Assembly: GCA_040954595.2 (NCBI GenBank)
Contig: CM082597.2
Span: 4,469,244-4,533,243, forward strand
Length of the DNA stretch: 64,000 nucleotides
Source: Balanoglossus misakiensis
Lineage: Eukaryota > Animalia > Hemichordata
Direction: 5' to 3'
The notes beneath the pieces were generated by a model. The model was not told the DNA's origin. It made no database searches and saw only the letters and a program-made list of their open reading frames with translations. A program made the translations under genes and the position numbers. Below, one piece after another: positions 1 through 12,672 of the stretch; the first letter of the stretch is position 1; every line of letters starts with the position of its first letter.

Positions 1-68
1 GACATTCATGATTCATTCTCAATTGATTTTTCATTGTAAGCCAACTTCAATAGGTACAAACATGTTAT

Positions 69-254
69 GTTCCAACAATTAATTATACAATAATCACAGT
101 TACATGTATGAATGAGATTAAAACAATATCCCTTAATTGCATGTTAACATAACTAATTTAAAAAGCTAATTACACATGTTCCAACAATTAACTGTCTCAG
201 AAATCACAGCTATAGGGAGGAAATTAAAACAATATCCCTTAATTGCATGTTAAC
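69..254 (+). repeat. Local ~110-bp tandem duplication (2 diverged copies)
   Basis: GTTCCAACAATTAA...AATCACAG...ATTAAAACAATATCCCTTAATTGCATGTTAACA occurs twice. Confidence 0.75.
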
Positions 255-2422
255 AATAACATCACAAATTCAAAAAGCATTTGTATTGAATACTGCAAGA
301 TTGACTTCACTTTGAATGTATTAACTGTTGCTATGACAAGATATTTAGACGTGTGTGTTGGGTATAGTGTGGTTTGTGTGGGTACTGCATTCAAATTGAC
401 TTCAATGGTATTTCTCGTATGCTCTGTTTCACAGGTGTCATCCTATGTAGTTTTAAAGCTTGATGCATTAGTACAGGTCACAAGTCAGATGTCACAACGT
501 CACTACGAGGATTCTAGATAACAACGATTCAATACAACTATCAGATTATAGATGAGACAAATTGGACACAACAAATAAATAAATACACACTGCTGATCTA
601 ATCACTCCAAACATTGCCAATGACACTTGGAACATTAAAAACATGATTACATAAATGACCGCAAAATCAAATATTGCCTATTGTTGTAAATAACGTCATA
701 CCAGCCAGCATATTCACCAGATAAAACTAAGTGGTATTTTGTAGGTGTAGTCTGGCTGGACGTTTATTCACACTCCACATAATGTAAATCAGTGGTGGCC
801 TATTTTTCAACTCGTAAAATCGTACACATAAAACGTAAGATATGTCGCACACTTGCTACATGTACATGTCAAACCTCCTCAAGGAAATGTAGCTAAATAT
901 ACATCCTCCCCTTAGACACAATTATAAATGGATAAACCATTTAATAATGGGGGGAGGGGAGGGGGAAGCTGGATGAGCAAATCTATTAAAGCACAATCTA
1001 CCCCCCCCCCCCCCCCTCTAAATCTTTTTTCTCTACAATATACAGAACCTGATATAATCATAAGCAACAGAAATTCTTTATCGTCACAAACCACTTTAAG
1101 GTGATAAGGTTTTTTAACATGTGCATTTTTTTGCTCTTGTTGGAAAGAATCCAAACACACTGATTACTATATGTGCAAATATCACAACTCACCTGTTTCC
1201 TATAGGATTTTTACAACCTGGCATTTTAAAAATATTCAAACCTCTTTAGCTCAATTTTTGATCCATTTACTCATAATATTGTGGAATTATACACTGGGCA
1301 TTCAAGCCACCCTTTCCTCAGAATTCAGTAGTCCCAACATTTATGAGAAATTGTCATAAATCTGTCAAAATTCTCGCAAAATGAATAAGTAGGTTTTAGT
1401 CGTTTAAAAATCAATATCTACATACACAGCCTCCACACCTGGTCTCGAACATTAAATCGGGAAATTTCGAGAATTTTGGACCCATACATAGGAGTTAAGA
1501 CATTTAAATTGTATCTGTACATTCATACCAAACTTAGACTCTATGGATTTCAAATCACGCAACTGACTCAACCTAATTTCGGAGAAGACTTAGTCTGGAT
1601 ATTGTCACAAGTTTGATAAGGGGTACGGTAAGTTAAGCTGTAAGGGTAAACAGTGGGGGTTACACAAACATACCAGAGGATAACTTATTGCATCCTAGCT
1701 AAAATAACCACCTCTCAATATCGCGATCCCGAATGACCTTTGCCTCAGAAAACATATTTGAGTTTGTTGTCCTTCCAGATTAAACTGTTCTTGACCTGTT
1801 AGCTAAAGGAGTGGATGGGTGCATCTGATAATTTTGTTTTTGATAAACAATTATGTGCTAACAAACAACGATTCTATTGTTCGTCCCTATTGTAATGCCC
1901 TGGGCAATGTCGTCGCCCCTTTAAAACGTACACATTTTCCAATTCTGAGCAAAAGCTTATTTGGTGTGGTAGACTTGATGATGTCAAACTAACCCACTAA
2001 GCTCAACTGAATAGTACATTGGGATGAGGTCAGGAAACTATTATAAAACATTCTGTTGGAAAATACAATGTACGACGTGATCTCCATGAAGTGAAGACAT
2101 AACAATGCAATCAAAATAGAAAAGCAACTTAAAAAAAGAGGCAACCGTCCCTTTATGTTCAAGGCCCGTTGCCTAATTCCACTTAAAGACTGCGTATTAC
2201 TAGTATAACAATTGGTGGCTGTTTGTAAATGCCTATCGACCACCACGAGCAAAGTTTCCTTCGAAAGTCGTATTTCATTGTATAAGAATTGGATCACCGA
2301 CGTCATTGTATTATTCGAATGTACCACTTTTAGTCAAGCACAATGATTTAACGACATCAACACTGCATTGGTCGGGCATTTGGCAAGACTCCGAGGCAAA
2401 GCGGAACAATATAAGGAAGATA

Positions 2423-2633
2423 TACTGTAAAACACTTTATTTTTGCGAGTCGAAATTTTCGCGATATCGAGAGTTGCCACTGTTACGCGAGGAATAATTT
2501 TCGCGTTCTCATATTTCACTGCAGCTAGTTATCTCCAGAAAACATTTTACACGACTTTTAATTTTCAAGTTCTTTTGGCTCTCGTGTAGTTTGCGAAAAC
2601 TTAATGCTCGCGAAAATAACCCGTTTTACTGTA
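2423..2633. mobile_element. ~210-bp MITE in TMEM145 intron 2 (TA-flanked)
   Basis: Imperfect TIRs TACTGTAAAACACTTTATTTTTGCGAG and CTCGCGAAAATAACCCGTTTTACTGTA, with internal TTTTCGCG/CGCGAAAA sub-repeats. Confidence 0.7.
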
Positions 2634-3075
2634 TGTGTTGCAACACGGATCCCTCAGTTTATGTTCGACAGCGCAATAACAACATCACTCTCCTCGTGTT
2701 ACTCTTAGCATGAGTACAAACGTCACCACTCTGACGGATTATAAGTGTATTATATACTACATATCTTCAATTCAAAATATTTCCTGTACGCTACATTCTA
2801 TCATGAATGTATCCAATATATTCACGTCACTGTTTGGATTTTGAAACCCAACACCGAGATGTCAGCTGTCACGTCATCGCGGACGTAGCTGAGGTCGTCT
2901 GTCGTGGCAAATCAATACCCCATAAAGGTCTGCTTTTAGGGAACGTTGGGACGCAAAGGGTTATCTGACAAGGAATATCGATCTGTAGGGTGCCAGTCAC
3001 TGCTTTGACTCGACCGGCCAGGGTCATTCAGGTGTGTGGTGTAAAAAGAAAACATCGGTTACACATATGTCTTAC

Positions 3076-3150
3076 CACTGGATACTCGAAGTGAAACCTC
3101 AGCCTTCCTACGTCTGATAGGAAACAGAATCTCTCAAGGAACTCCCAGTC
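3076..3150 (-). CDS. TMEM145: TMEM145 coding exon 2 (75 nt)
   Basis: Acceptor TCTCTCTGCAG and donor GTG|GTAAGA. Translates in phase to DWEFLERFCFLSDVGRLRFHFEYPV, closely matching recalled human TMEM145 [25 protein letters not shown]. No exon 3 found in 1-3075, so the gene continues left of the window. Confidence 0.92.
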
Positions 3151-3351
3151 CTGCAGAGAGACAGAACCAAAGCTTACAAACACGTCAACGGTTTGTCGAT
3201 TTCAGAGAGATTGTGTACATTTCAAATGAAATGTTATGAACATTGACGTTTTCGCAACACTGTAACAGACAACGTAGACGTACCAACACCATCTCATGTG
3301 GTTATTAGTTCGACATCGCAACTGACAACCACAATTGACCCGTGAACTTAC

Positions 3352-3471
3352 TGTTTGTGTCTCGAGCGTTCCTGTCACGATCTTACTGGAGATCAAATGG
3401 ACGGAAGAAAGTAGTAAAACCGCTGAGATGTAAGTACGGACAGCCGTACCACACTGCACAGCCGTCGCCAT
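3352..3471 (-). CDS. TMEM145: TMEM145 (GOST/GPR180-family membrane protein), coding exon 1 with signal peptide
   Basis: ATG in an AAAATGGCG context at 3471. Encodes MATAVQCGTAVRTYISAVLLLSSVHLISSKIVTGTLETQT (hydrophobic leader, then KIVTGTL, compare KYVRGNL of human TMEM145). Followed immediately by a phase-0 donor GTAAGT at 3351. Confidence 0.88.
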
Positions 3472-3526
3472 TTTTCACAGTTCGGTGGATTGTCAGTTAA
3501 TTAGCATATTTAATAGAGCGTTGATA

Positions 3527-3551
3527 GTCACGTGGCTTGTCGCTAGGCAAC
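3527..3551. promoter_or_regulatory. TMEM145 proximal promoter: E-box plus RFX X-box
   Basis: GTCACGTG (3527-3534) and GTCGCTAGGCAAC (3539-3551), 56-80 bp upstream of the ATG in a CpG-rich patch. A full CRE TGACGTCA lies at 3765-3772. Confidence 0.6.
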
Positions 3552-4445
3552 CACAAATAAATACCCTGGCCCTGTCTTCGCACTTTACGGTGGCGGTTTG
3601 AAACGCGCAAATTCGCTGTTTATTTCTTTCGTTTGAAGAACAAATCATAAAATTGTGGGGACATAGCATACAGAACGAACATTTATTTAATTCCGAACGG
3701 CATAACTGTCCACTGTCTTTCTAAAACGACCGATTTAGCCATGAATATACACTACGTTTTGGAGTGACGTCATGAATTGTGACGGGCTTAGTGGTGCACT
3801 CGGGAAATCTTTCACTGGTTTCGTTTGCATATTGTCAATAAATATACAGTGAACATCGCAACTTTAGGCCTAACTAAATAACGTGGTTGCTTTATTTGAA
3901 ATTGGAAAACAATTTTCGGGGGAGGATTTGCTTTCAAGTTTCATTCGCTTTACAAGAACATTTATTTGTTATCTACTCTTGAATAATAAAGCGATGAAAA
4001 TCGTATTGGGTCATATTTGATTGTTGCCTAAACGTAAAGTTTGAGAGGATTCGGCCAATAAATTCTGCTAGCTTTAATGCGAACAGCGGAGATAAAGCAT
4101 AGGTACAGACACCGCGCTGCCAAGGCTTAGGCCCCTATCTCTATAACTGACAGATCTCCATTAGATATTGGCTGAATGCACTCAAAGATTGATTGTCGCT
4201 TGTCACACCTGGAGTGCCGTGTCGCGAGGGTGAGGCAGAGGGCTTGATTATTATCACGTCTTGTTTTGGAAAGAATGACGTTACATTCAGTGGCGTTATT
4301 ACGTAACATGACAGAAGTCATTCCCGAATGGCACGGTACAAACATGCGCACCTATGGCATCATGGGTACTAGTATGTCAAACACTTGCTTGTCTGAGAGA
4401 ACAATATGATCGATCAACAGCGCTTGAGATGTCGCGCCAACAGAA

Positions 4446-4726
<281 letters not shown>

Positions 4727-6189
4727 ACCTCGACGCGGCAATAGCTCTCCTAAATTGAACACGGGAGCTTAAAGTGGCATAGAAGAATTTGAGAATTCTT
4801 CCAAAGACTAGCCTACTACGAGTTTTATCTTTACATGCATGTTTTTCCCTGATAATATCCGGTATCACTTGTGGGTTAAAATTCTGCGAAGGCCAAAATG
4901 AGTTGAGGTGTGTGGGACGGAATACGCGATGCGGATCTCATATCCATAATCATTTGAAAATGATCAATACATGTAGGCTACTCCTATTCGGTTTTAGATA
5001 TTTCATGTCGCCGCCAATACACATGCTCGACTGTACTGATTGAATTGAAAGATGTGTATTGAAAGAAATGCATTGAATTCGAAAGAATGCAATTATCGGG
5101 GTGCAATTTGACGAGAGCTATACACTTGAAAATTATTCGCAACTACGAAATAAATTGCATATTGGAGAAGAAAAAAAAACTGGAAACGGACTTTTTTATG
5201 TAGAGCAGTGTCACCTGGTGGTCAAAACTAGCATATGAAGTATAAATGGTATATAATAAAACTGAATCCGGTGCGATAATGTTACACATTTAAAATTTAT
5301 AGAATAAAAGAGTTTCCATCACATTTGCGTGTAAGCTTGTAGGAGATAAAAACGAACGCAAAAACGTGTTTTTAGAGCACTGACATAACTCACAGGGTGT
5401 GGTTCGAATTTTAGGGATGCCTAAGACATGAAAAGATTATTATCTTTGCGGACATGAGGTTTTTGACGTTGCTACACACAAACTGACAACAACTGTACGT
5501 AATAGCTTGTCGGCCAGCTCCAATGCATGCATATACCATATACATGTACTCCAAAATGTCATTGTACAGGAAATGTTGGTGACATTATTTCCTGAACAAA
5601 ACCCCGAAAAAAAAAACGAAGCGTGCTGGTATACAAAAGATTCAATCGTTAGCGGGCGCTCCAGTTGAGCACTCGGCCGCACCACCGAACCAAACCCGAG
5701 TGTCGAGGTTGACGACAGAAGACTGGTGGAACGTGATTTTAATCTGGATTACGCTGGTCCTATTTGTTTGCCGTCGTCTAGAAAGTAGTCAAGGGCCCTG
5801 GCTTGAATTAGCCACAAGTTTCTATGTTTTCATTCCACGAAATTAAGATTTACTTCTATAAGAGAAAAAAAATCGTTTACAAATGTTCGCAGGACATACA
5901 AGTCAATGACTCTGCATATGCTCATCACATCTCGTGCATCATTTTGCGCCTCCTATCGACTGTTTAGTATATACCATACCGCCCTTTCGTTTACAGTGCA
6001 AGGTGCGGGCTTTCTTGATCGTGCAAATAACGAGCAAAGTGTGACGTCTGTTTTTTTTTTTTTTTTTTCATCTGCAGTGTATTTATTCGGCCTGGTGACG
6101 AAGATGCAAATTGATCATGTGACTTATGGAGATTCCGGTCACGTTCATTGATGCGGCTGGGTGTCGGTGACACATATATTGCTCTCAAC

Positions 6190-6210
6190 AACACCACCAT
6201 CACCACCACC

Positions 6211-6244
<34 letters not shown>

Positions 6245-6245
6245 T
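6190..6245. repeat. (CAC)n(CAT)n trinucleotide microsatellite
   Basis: Directly visible. Confidence 0.95.
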
Positions 6246-6321
6246 ACAGTATTATCACACAATGTTATTGTCGTTGTTGCTGCTTCTGCTGAAATATTCG
6301 CATTTGCACGACACACTTCAA

Positions 6322-9300
6322 TAGTGTGGTATGATGTGTATTCCCGTAGGATTTTTGTGCTAAAATTGATTTTTTTGCTGTTTTGGCTTCTATGGGGACC
6401 CAACTACCCGAAAATGATGGGGTGCAATTTTAAGGGCCCCTCCATCATATTTTTATGGGGAGGAGGGTACTTCCGTTTTGTGGTATGATGTGTATTCCCG
6501 TAGGATTTTTGTGCTAAAATTGATTTTATTTGCTGTTTGGCTTCAATGGGGACCCAACTACCGAAAAATCATGGGGTGCAATTTTTAGGGCCCCTCCATC
6601 AATTTTTTTTCGGGGGGTCTCTTCTGTTGTAGTCACTCGAGGATATTTGTTCACCTATTTACTCTATCATCATGGGAATTTGGGCTACAATTAATTTGTT
6701 TTTGTTGTTTTTGCTTTGGAGGGGACAGGGGACCCACCTGGCCAAAAATAATAGGGTGCAAATTATAGGGCCCTCCATCATTTTATATTGGAGGGGGGGG
6801 GGGCACTTCCCTTTTGGCCACTCCGAAGTTGTTTGTTGGCCTATTTACTCCCTTCTCATAGAATATTTTGCTAAAAATATTATTTTTCTTTGATGTTTTG
6901 GTTTCAATGGGGCTCCACCAGAACTAAAATGATGGGGTTCAAATTTTTTGAACCTTCCATCATGTCTGGGGGGGGGGGGTAATCATCTGTTTTTGCCACC
7001 CTGAAGATACTTGTTCACCTATTTACTATACGGTTAGTATTGTCGTGGTATTTCTTGCAATTTGGTTTGCTCCTCTGGCTTGAATGCAGACTGACTGCCG
7101 AAAAGTGATGGTGTGCAAAATGTTGGACCCCTTTACCACATTTTTTTGGTGGGGGGGGGGGGGGGTTCTCTACATTTGCTTTCGCCAACCCGTTGTAACA
7201 GTTGTTTTTTAATCGTTGATTTTTTCGTTTATTCTAAATTTAGTATACTAAGGTAAATTTAAAACTCCTTTATATATAATAAAGTACATAATGTGTATTT
7301 TAGTTTATTTTCCGAGCTACAGTCCCATCTCATAAAATGAACCCTTGAGGCACCCTCCCTACCACGGAAGGTGCAATAAACAACCCAAGAAGCATAACGA
7401 TTCTTTTCTGATATCTTGGTATTCTCAATCATCATTTTCACAAAAACCAGTTCTGTTTGATCTACTCATCGTCAGTGTCGTTATCTTCAAGAACATTTTC
7501 CCTTAATTGGTTTTCAGTCGCCACCATAGCATTTGCAGAGCGGAGTACATGGTAAATCATTCTTTGAGCAACTGCAACGTCCCCTACAACCTGCTTTGCA
7601 GCCACATTTGATAAGCTCTAGTACTGCCTATGGTGCAGGGAGAGCAAGACATTTTACTGGATAAAACACGCCATTCTCCGATTTCCACCCATTCTTTTCG
7701 ATTGGTGGAAGTTCAGAACAATTTGTTGCGTATGATTTATCCCTCATTGTGATGAAGGGGTGGCACCGTTTTACCAGATCACGCAAATCTTGTTTTTATC
7801 TGACATATTAATTCTGTAGTTTATTGCAAAATGGCCAAATAGCTATCGATCTGGAACGTAAAACGCGGCTTACGGTGCTAAGGAAATAGCCAATATGTAT
7901 TTAGTAATAAAACTGAGATGTAGTTCACAAACTTGTTTTATTTTCAGTAGTATTGAGCTACAAAATGAGCCCCAAATTTGATATTGTTAATGTTTACCAA
8001 AACAAGTTTTAGAAGTAAGACATAATTCAAGGGCTTTTTACAGCACTATTACGCTATTGACATGAAAATTTTGAAAATACTATTTTAAAATAGACAATAC
8101 TTCAACTGATATGTACTTTACAGGCTTTATTAACGACAGTATTTAACTTTGAAATGAGTTCAACTGAATATCGTTTTAATACCCTAAAAAACAAGTGTTG
8201 AACTAAAACGTACTTCAGAGTTTTTGCACAGACTGATAGCGGTGAGAATTTTAGTACAATGGTAAATAACTCAGACATTGATTGTGCTACGAAAGAATAA
8301 ACAACTCTTAACGACAAAGTTCACATCTACACAGACTTTCACTAATTGCCCCGGGAAAGAGAAAAAAGAGTAACCCTAATACATTATACTTTTTGGTATA
8401 GCCTAGTATACTATACTTTTGTAAACCATTGAAAACATGAGTGTGGTGATGAGTTGGGTGGCGGTCCAAGGTGAGGGGAGGTATATTTTGGAGGGGAGGT
8501 ATATTAGTCCAAATCAGAGAGATATTTAGGTTGATTTGTTAGTGTCATAATTCAACTAAGTATGTTTATAAAACTAAGATAGCGCTGTAGTATATGTGAC
8601 AACTGATACAAATGTAGGTGACTGATATGTTTACCCCATAAACCGTCTAATATTTGAGATTCCCAAAATGTGGAGAGGCCCTAAAATTTGACCTCCCTCA
8701 TTTTTGAGCAGTTAGGTCCCCATAGAAGTTTAAAAAAAAGGAAATTGGAAGAAATCCTTTACAAATACACATGTCACACTATGAAGGTTAGATCAATGAA
8801 CAAATATCTCCAGGGCTGCTAAAACTAAAGTGACCCCCCCCCCCCTGCAAGAAAATGTGATGGAGGGGTCCAACAAATTGATTTCCATCATTTCGGGGAT
8901 GTTTATTCATCATTGAAACCAAAACAGCAAACAAAACAAATAACTATTAGCCAAAACTCCTACGAGAATACACGAAATAGGCGAATAAATACCGTTAAGA
9001 TTGTCGAAATGGAAGTGCGCCCCCCACAAATGTAATAGAGGGGCCCTAAAATTTGCATGTAATCTTTTGTGACCAGGTGGGTCCCCATTTAAGTCAAAAC
9101 AGCAAAAAAAAATCTTTAGCAGAAAATTCTACGAAAATGGAGTAGATAGGTGAATAAATATCTTCGGGGAGGCCAAAACAGGAGTGACCCCCCCCCCCCC
9201 AGAAAAATATGATGGAGGGGCCCTAAAAATTGCACCCCAACATTTTCGGGTAGTTGGGTCCCCATTGAAGCCAAAACAGCAAAAAAATCAATTTTAGCAC

Positions 9301-9498
9301 AAAAATCCTACGGGAATACACGTCATACCACAAAACGGAAGTACCCCCCCCCCGAAAAATATGATGGAGGGGCCCTTAAAATTGCACCCCATCATTTTCG
9401 GGTAGTTGGGTCCCCATAGAAGCCAAAACAGCAAAAAAATCAATTTTAGCACAAAAATCCTACGGGAGCTGTTTTTCTTGACATACCATACCGCACTA
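6322..9498. mobile_element. Non-autonomous Academ-type DNA transposon (3177 bp) with ~850-bp modular TIRs
   Basis: Termini TAGTG(T/C)GGTATG...CATACCGCACTA. 4-bp TSD TCAA at 6318-6321 and 9499-9502. About 6322-7190 is the reverse complement of about 8660-9498, and each arm has ~5 tandem 153-187-bp units. An internal Cys-rich transposase remnant is present. Confidence 0.88.
7462..7806 (-). pseudogene. Academ transposase remnant (C-terminal Cys-rich/CXC domain, with a probable fused N-terminal stub)
   Basis: Reads FITMRDKSYATNCSELPPIEKNGWKSENGVFYPVKCLALPAP*AVLELIKCGCKAGCRGRCSCSKNDLPCTPLCKCYGGD, then an acidic tail DNDTDDE* in a shifted frame. It has an in-frame stop. Upstream MSDKNKICVI starts at the ATG at 7806. 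Confidence 0.8.
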
Positions 9499-10999
9499 TC
9501 AACACCCAAATACTAGTACCTTCTCAAGTCCGTCAGAATCACGGTCCTTTGCACTGCCAAGTGATGACAACCGACTACAGTTTATTGACCCTGACCCAGA
9601 TATTTGAATATATAGGTTAATTGTGTAAGCGGGAGTAGCCGAATTTTCAAGGAAAGTCTATTGTATGTCTCATAAAAGGATCATAAATTACGATGTGTAG
9701 AATGTATTAGCTACCACTGTGGTTCATTTCGGGTTATTTCATTAGCCTCAACGTAAAAATATGGTATGGTATTCGAATACATATAAGCCCTGTTATCGGC
9801 TAACATTATATCTAATGCCATTTTCCAGACACGCATTCTACGTCATTGTGTGGCTGGTACTTGATTGGTCGAAAAAATCGTCGTGGGCGCAGATGCATAA
9901 ACCCATTTTGTCCCATTTTCTATAATGCCCTATCTTCTATCCTTAAGGTATTTTATATCTACTTACGTCTGTATTAACCTAATTTTGCAATCCCTTCATT
10001 TCGCTGTAAAAGTCGCGTGGAAGGGTAGGGGGGGGGGGGGGGGGGTACGATAAATCTTCAGTAAATTAGACTTGTTTCCGACCTACCTTATTGAAACCTG
10101 GCGATTGTAAGACTCTAAACATTTTTGAAAGGTGTCTAATTTTACGATGTTTTGGCGTCGCAATCAACCATACATAAAAAGAGTAGATTTTCCTACCCTG
10201 TTGCGTTATAACATGCTCCAAACTTGGGTGCAGATGATCCAATATTTCTATGGCAACTGCCACCAATGCTTCTATTTGTTGTCCTACAGAGTATTGCTAC
10301 CCCGGCTATCAAAACGAACCAAGTATAATCCCCTAATCCCTTTTTTTGTCAGCACAGGTTGAGCTACTCAACTTTAAAAAAATAATTTTATGAAATGTCA
10401 AATATTTCAAAAATTTAAGGATGAATCACCCAGTTGCCAATTGTCCACTTTCTGTCTATGAGGGCGCCAACATTACATCAGGAAAGTCCGTACTGCCATC
10501 TACGTACATGCAGCTGTGTGCCTTTGTTGTATGTAAATGCAAGTGTAGCCAAGTCAGAAAGGCACCAAGTGTAACCATTGCAACTATCAGGACAATGTCG
10601 CATTGTTACTTTGTATCACAATATGTGTCAATGCCAACATGTTGTTACTTTGTATCAATGAATGGTCATTTTGATACATGTACTGGTTACTAGTTGCCCT
10701 CAGCTGTGTTCAAGTATAATGCTGGTGCAGTGCTCTTGCTGATACTATCCCCGCCCATAATATTGGTGATTCAAATGATATCTAATGGCAGCTCAAAAAA
10801 ACAAAATTTTGACATTTCTTGAGTATTTTGCTCTGTATCAATTACTGCTTCCCAATAAAATATAGTTCATTACACAGCCCACAAAGTATATCAAACGTTT
10901 TTATCACTGAAAATTGAGTTTGTGCCTGGTTTTAAATTCACTTTGAACCATAACAATCAATGGAAATCACACATACACATGGACACATACAATTTAATT

Positions 11000-11042
11000 A
11001 CAAAAACACACACAAATATTAGACATTTTAAAGTATTTTATT
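11000..11042 (-). terminator. Candidate polyadenylation signal of the let-7-C host transcript
   Basis: AATAAA on the minus strand (11042-11037), followed ~20-40 nt later by a GU-rich element TTTGTGTGTGTTTTTG. Lies downstream of the miR-125 exon. Confidence 0.55.
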
Positions 11043-11951
11043 GCAAAAATAATCATGTTTCACTATTAATGTTAAACACAATTGACTGAAATTGTCATAC
11101 ATGGTTCTTCATGCAGTTTACACAAATTAGAAAACTTGAATGAAGAAAAGCCAAGTATAAATTTCACATGGCAAAAAAACTGTAGTCTAACTCCATTTTG
11201 TGCAAAAACAAGATATTTGATTTTCATTACAGATACAGCAACTTTCTTCCGTGTTTGCCAATCTGGTTGTGGACCATTTAAACAAAATACATGCAGTAAA
11301 TTGTCCAGACAGACACACCCAGTCCCTACATGAGATATCATATCTCTATTTGGTGACATGTATGAATATCACCCACATCAAAACATTTGGCATACCCATG
11401 CATGCAATGTTGTATAATTATCTATTACACTATACTTCCCTTCCTGATCAGACATATCCGAGTAGCAGCCTTTTTTCGGGAATGGGGGAGGAGGGGGGGG
11501 GGACTGATATAGGTCTGATACAAAGGCTTCAATGAACAAATTGCACCATGCTATGGGGTCCCAGTCTGACAACAAAAACAGGTAGACAAAACGTCGGTGA
11601 CATCATGTTCTATTTTTAGGTTTGTATGGTGATCAATGCCTAAGAGTTCGTCAACCCAGACATACAAAAAAATTTGCAATGCTAATAGAGTGCGAGAGAA
11701 ATCAGAAAATAAAATGCATTTGTGTTGCAAAAAGTGTTAATAATAAAAAAAGAATGAACAAGTCTAATCTAATGAAATTGCACCATTTCAAATAACGAGG
11801 CTTTGCACCCAGACACCGGAATGATATATCATCTTGTTTGAAAGATGTGCTGACCTGAAATGTCTGGTGCTGGGGATCTGTGATTTTAACATTTTATGTT
11901 GGTATGTAAATTCCATGTTACTAATAAAATTTTGCTCAAATTCAAACTTAC

Positions 11952-11997
11952 CACCCCTCCGATTTTCAAAAGAAAGGATTATAATCTGATACACAGA
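11952..11997 (-). ncRNA. Candidate 46-nt host-gene mini-exon
   Basis: Acceptor TGTTTTATTTACAG and donor GTG|GTAAGT. The next acceptor CATTTCAG is at 11855. Confidence 0.45.
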
Positions 11998-12672
11998 CTG
12001 TAAATAAAACATTTATATTATAAAATTACATTCCAGAGAAATGATTCTGATGTCATTTTTAGTTTGCGTACATGTTGAAATGTGGTTATATTTATAAGAA
12101 ATGTGACATCATTGTATTTTGTCTTCAGCCATCACCCTTATACCCAGTCACTCATAAATACCTAGAGTACTGTAAACTAATGATAGAGCATATTTTCCCT
12201 CTCATTTAAGCAGAGAAATAGTTGTCTCATCTATCAATGATACGTGCAACTAGCCACTCGTCCAGAGGCAACACATGGCCAGATCTCTGATCATAAAACA
12301 TAACTGTATAAAGTCGGGCAGAGAAATTGGCTAGTACATTTTTTTTTGCATATGCTAGCAAGCTCTAATTGTAAAATATAGAAGAATATTTGTTTTTTTT
12401 GTACAAAAAATATAAAAGACAGAGTTGCCATATGGTCTTGACTAAAATGGAAATTATTATGGTTCATTTGGTTGCTATGGAAATGCATTTGTTCTGGATC
12501 GATCAGCACACCATGTTCAAAAGAACAATTTTGCCAACTGACAAAATATGCTATAAAATAAAAAAATATCTAAAACTGTGTTTTGGCTTTCAAATGAACT
12601 GATACTCAATGAAGTGGCATACTTTGAATTTCCTAAATGACGTTATTGTGGTCTCCTTGCTTGGGATCTTAC

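Noticed and set aside
2010-2060. Minus-strand QNVL..FPD resemblance to TMEM145 exon 3
   Set aside because: Two in-frame stops and no continuing similarity.
3202-3351. C-terminal half of the 89-aa ORF 3202..3471
   Set aside because: Read-through into TMEM145 intron 1; only the first 40 codons are exon.
6322-9498. CACTA/EnSpm assignment of the transposon
   Set aside because: CACTA is at the 3' end (the 5' end is TAGTG), the TSD is 4 bp, and the coding remnant is Academ-like.
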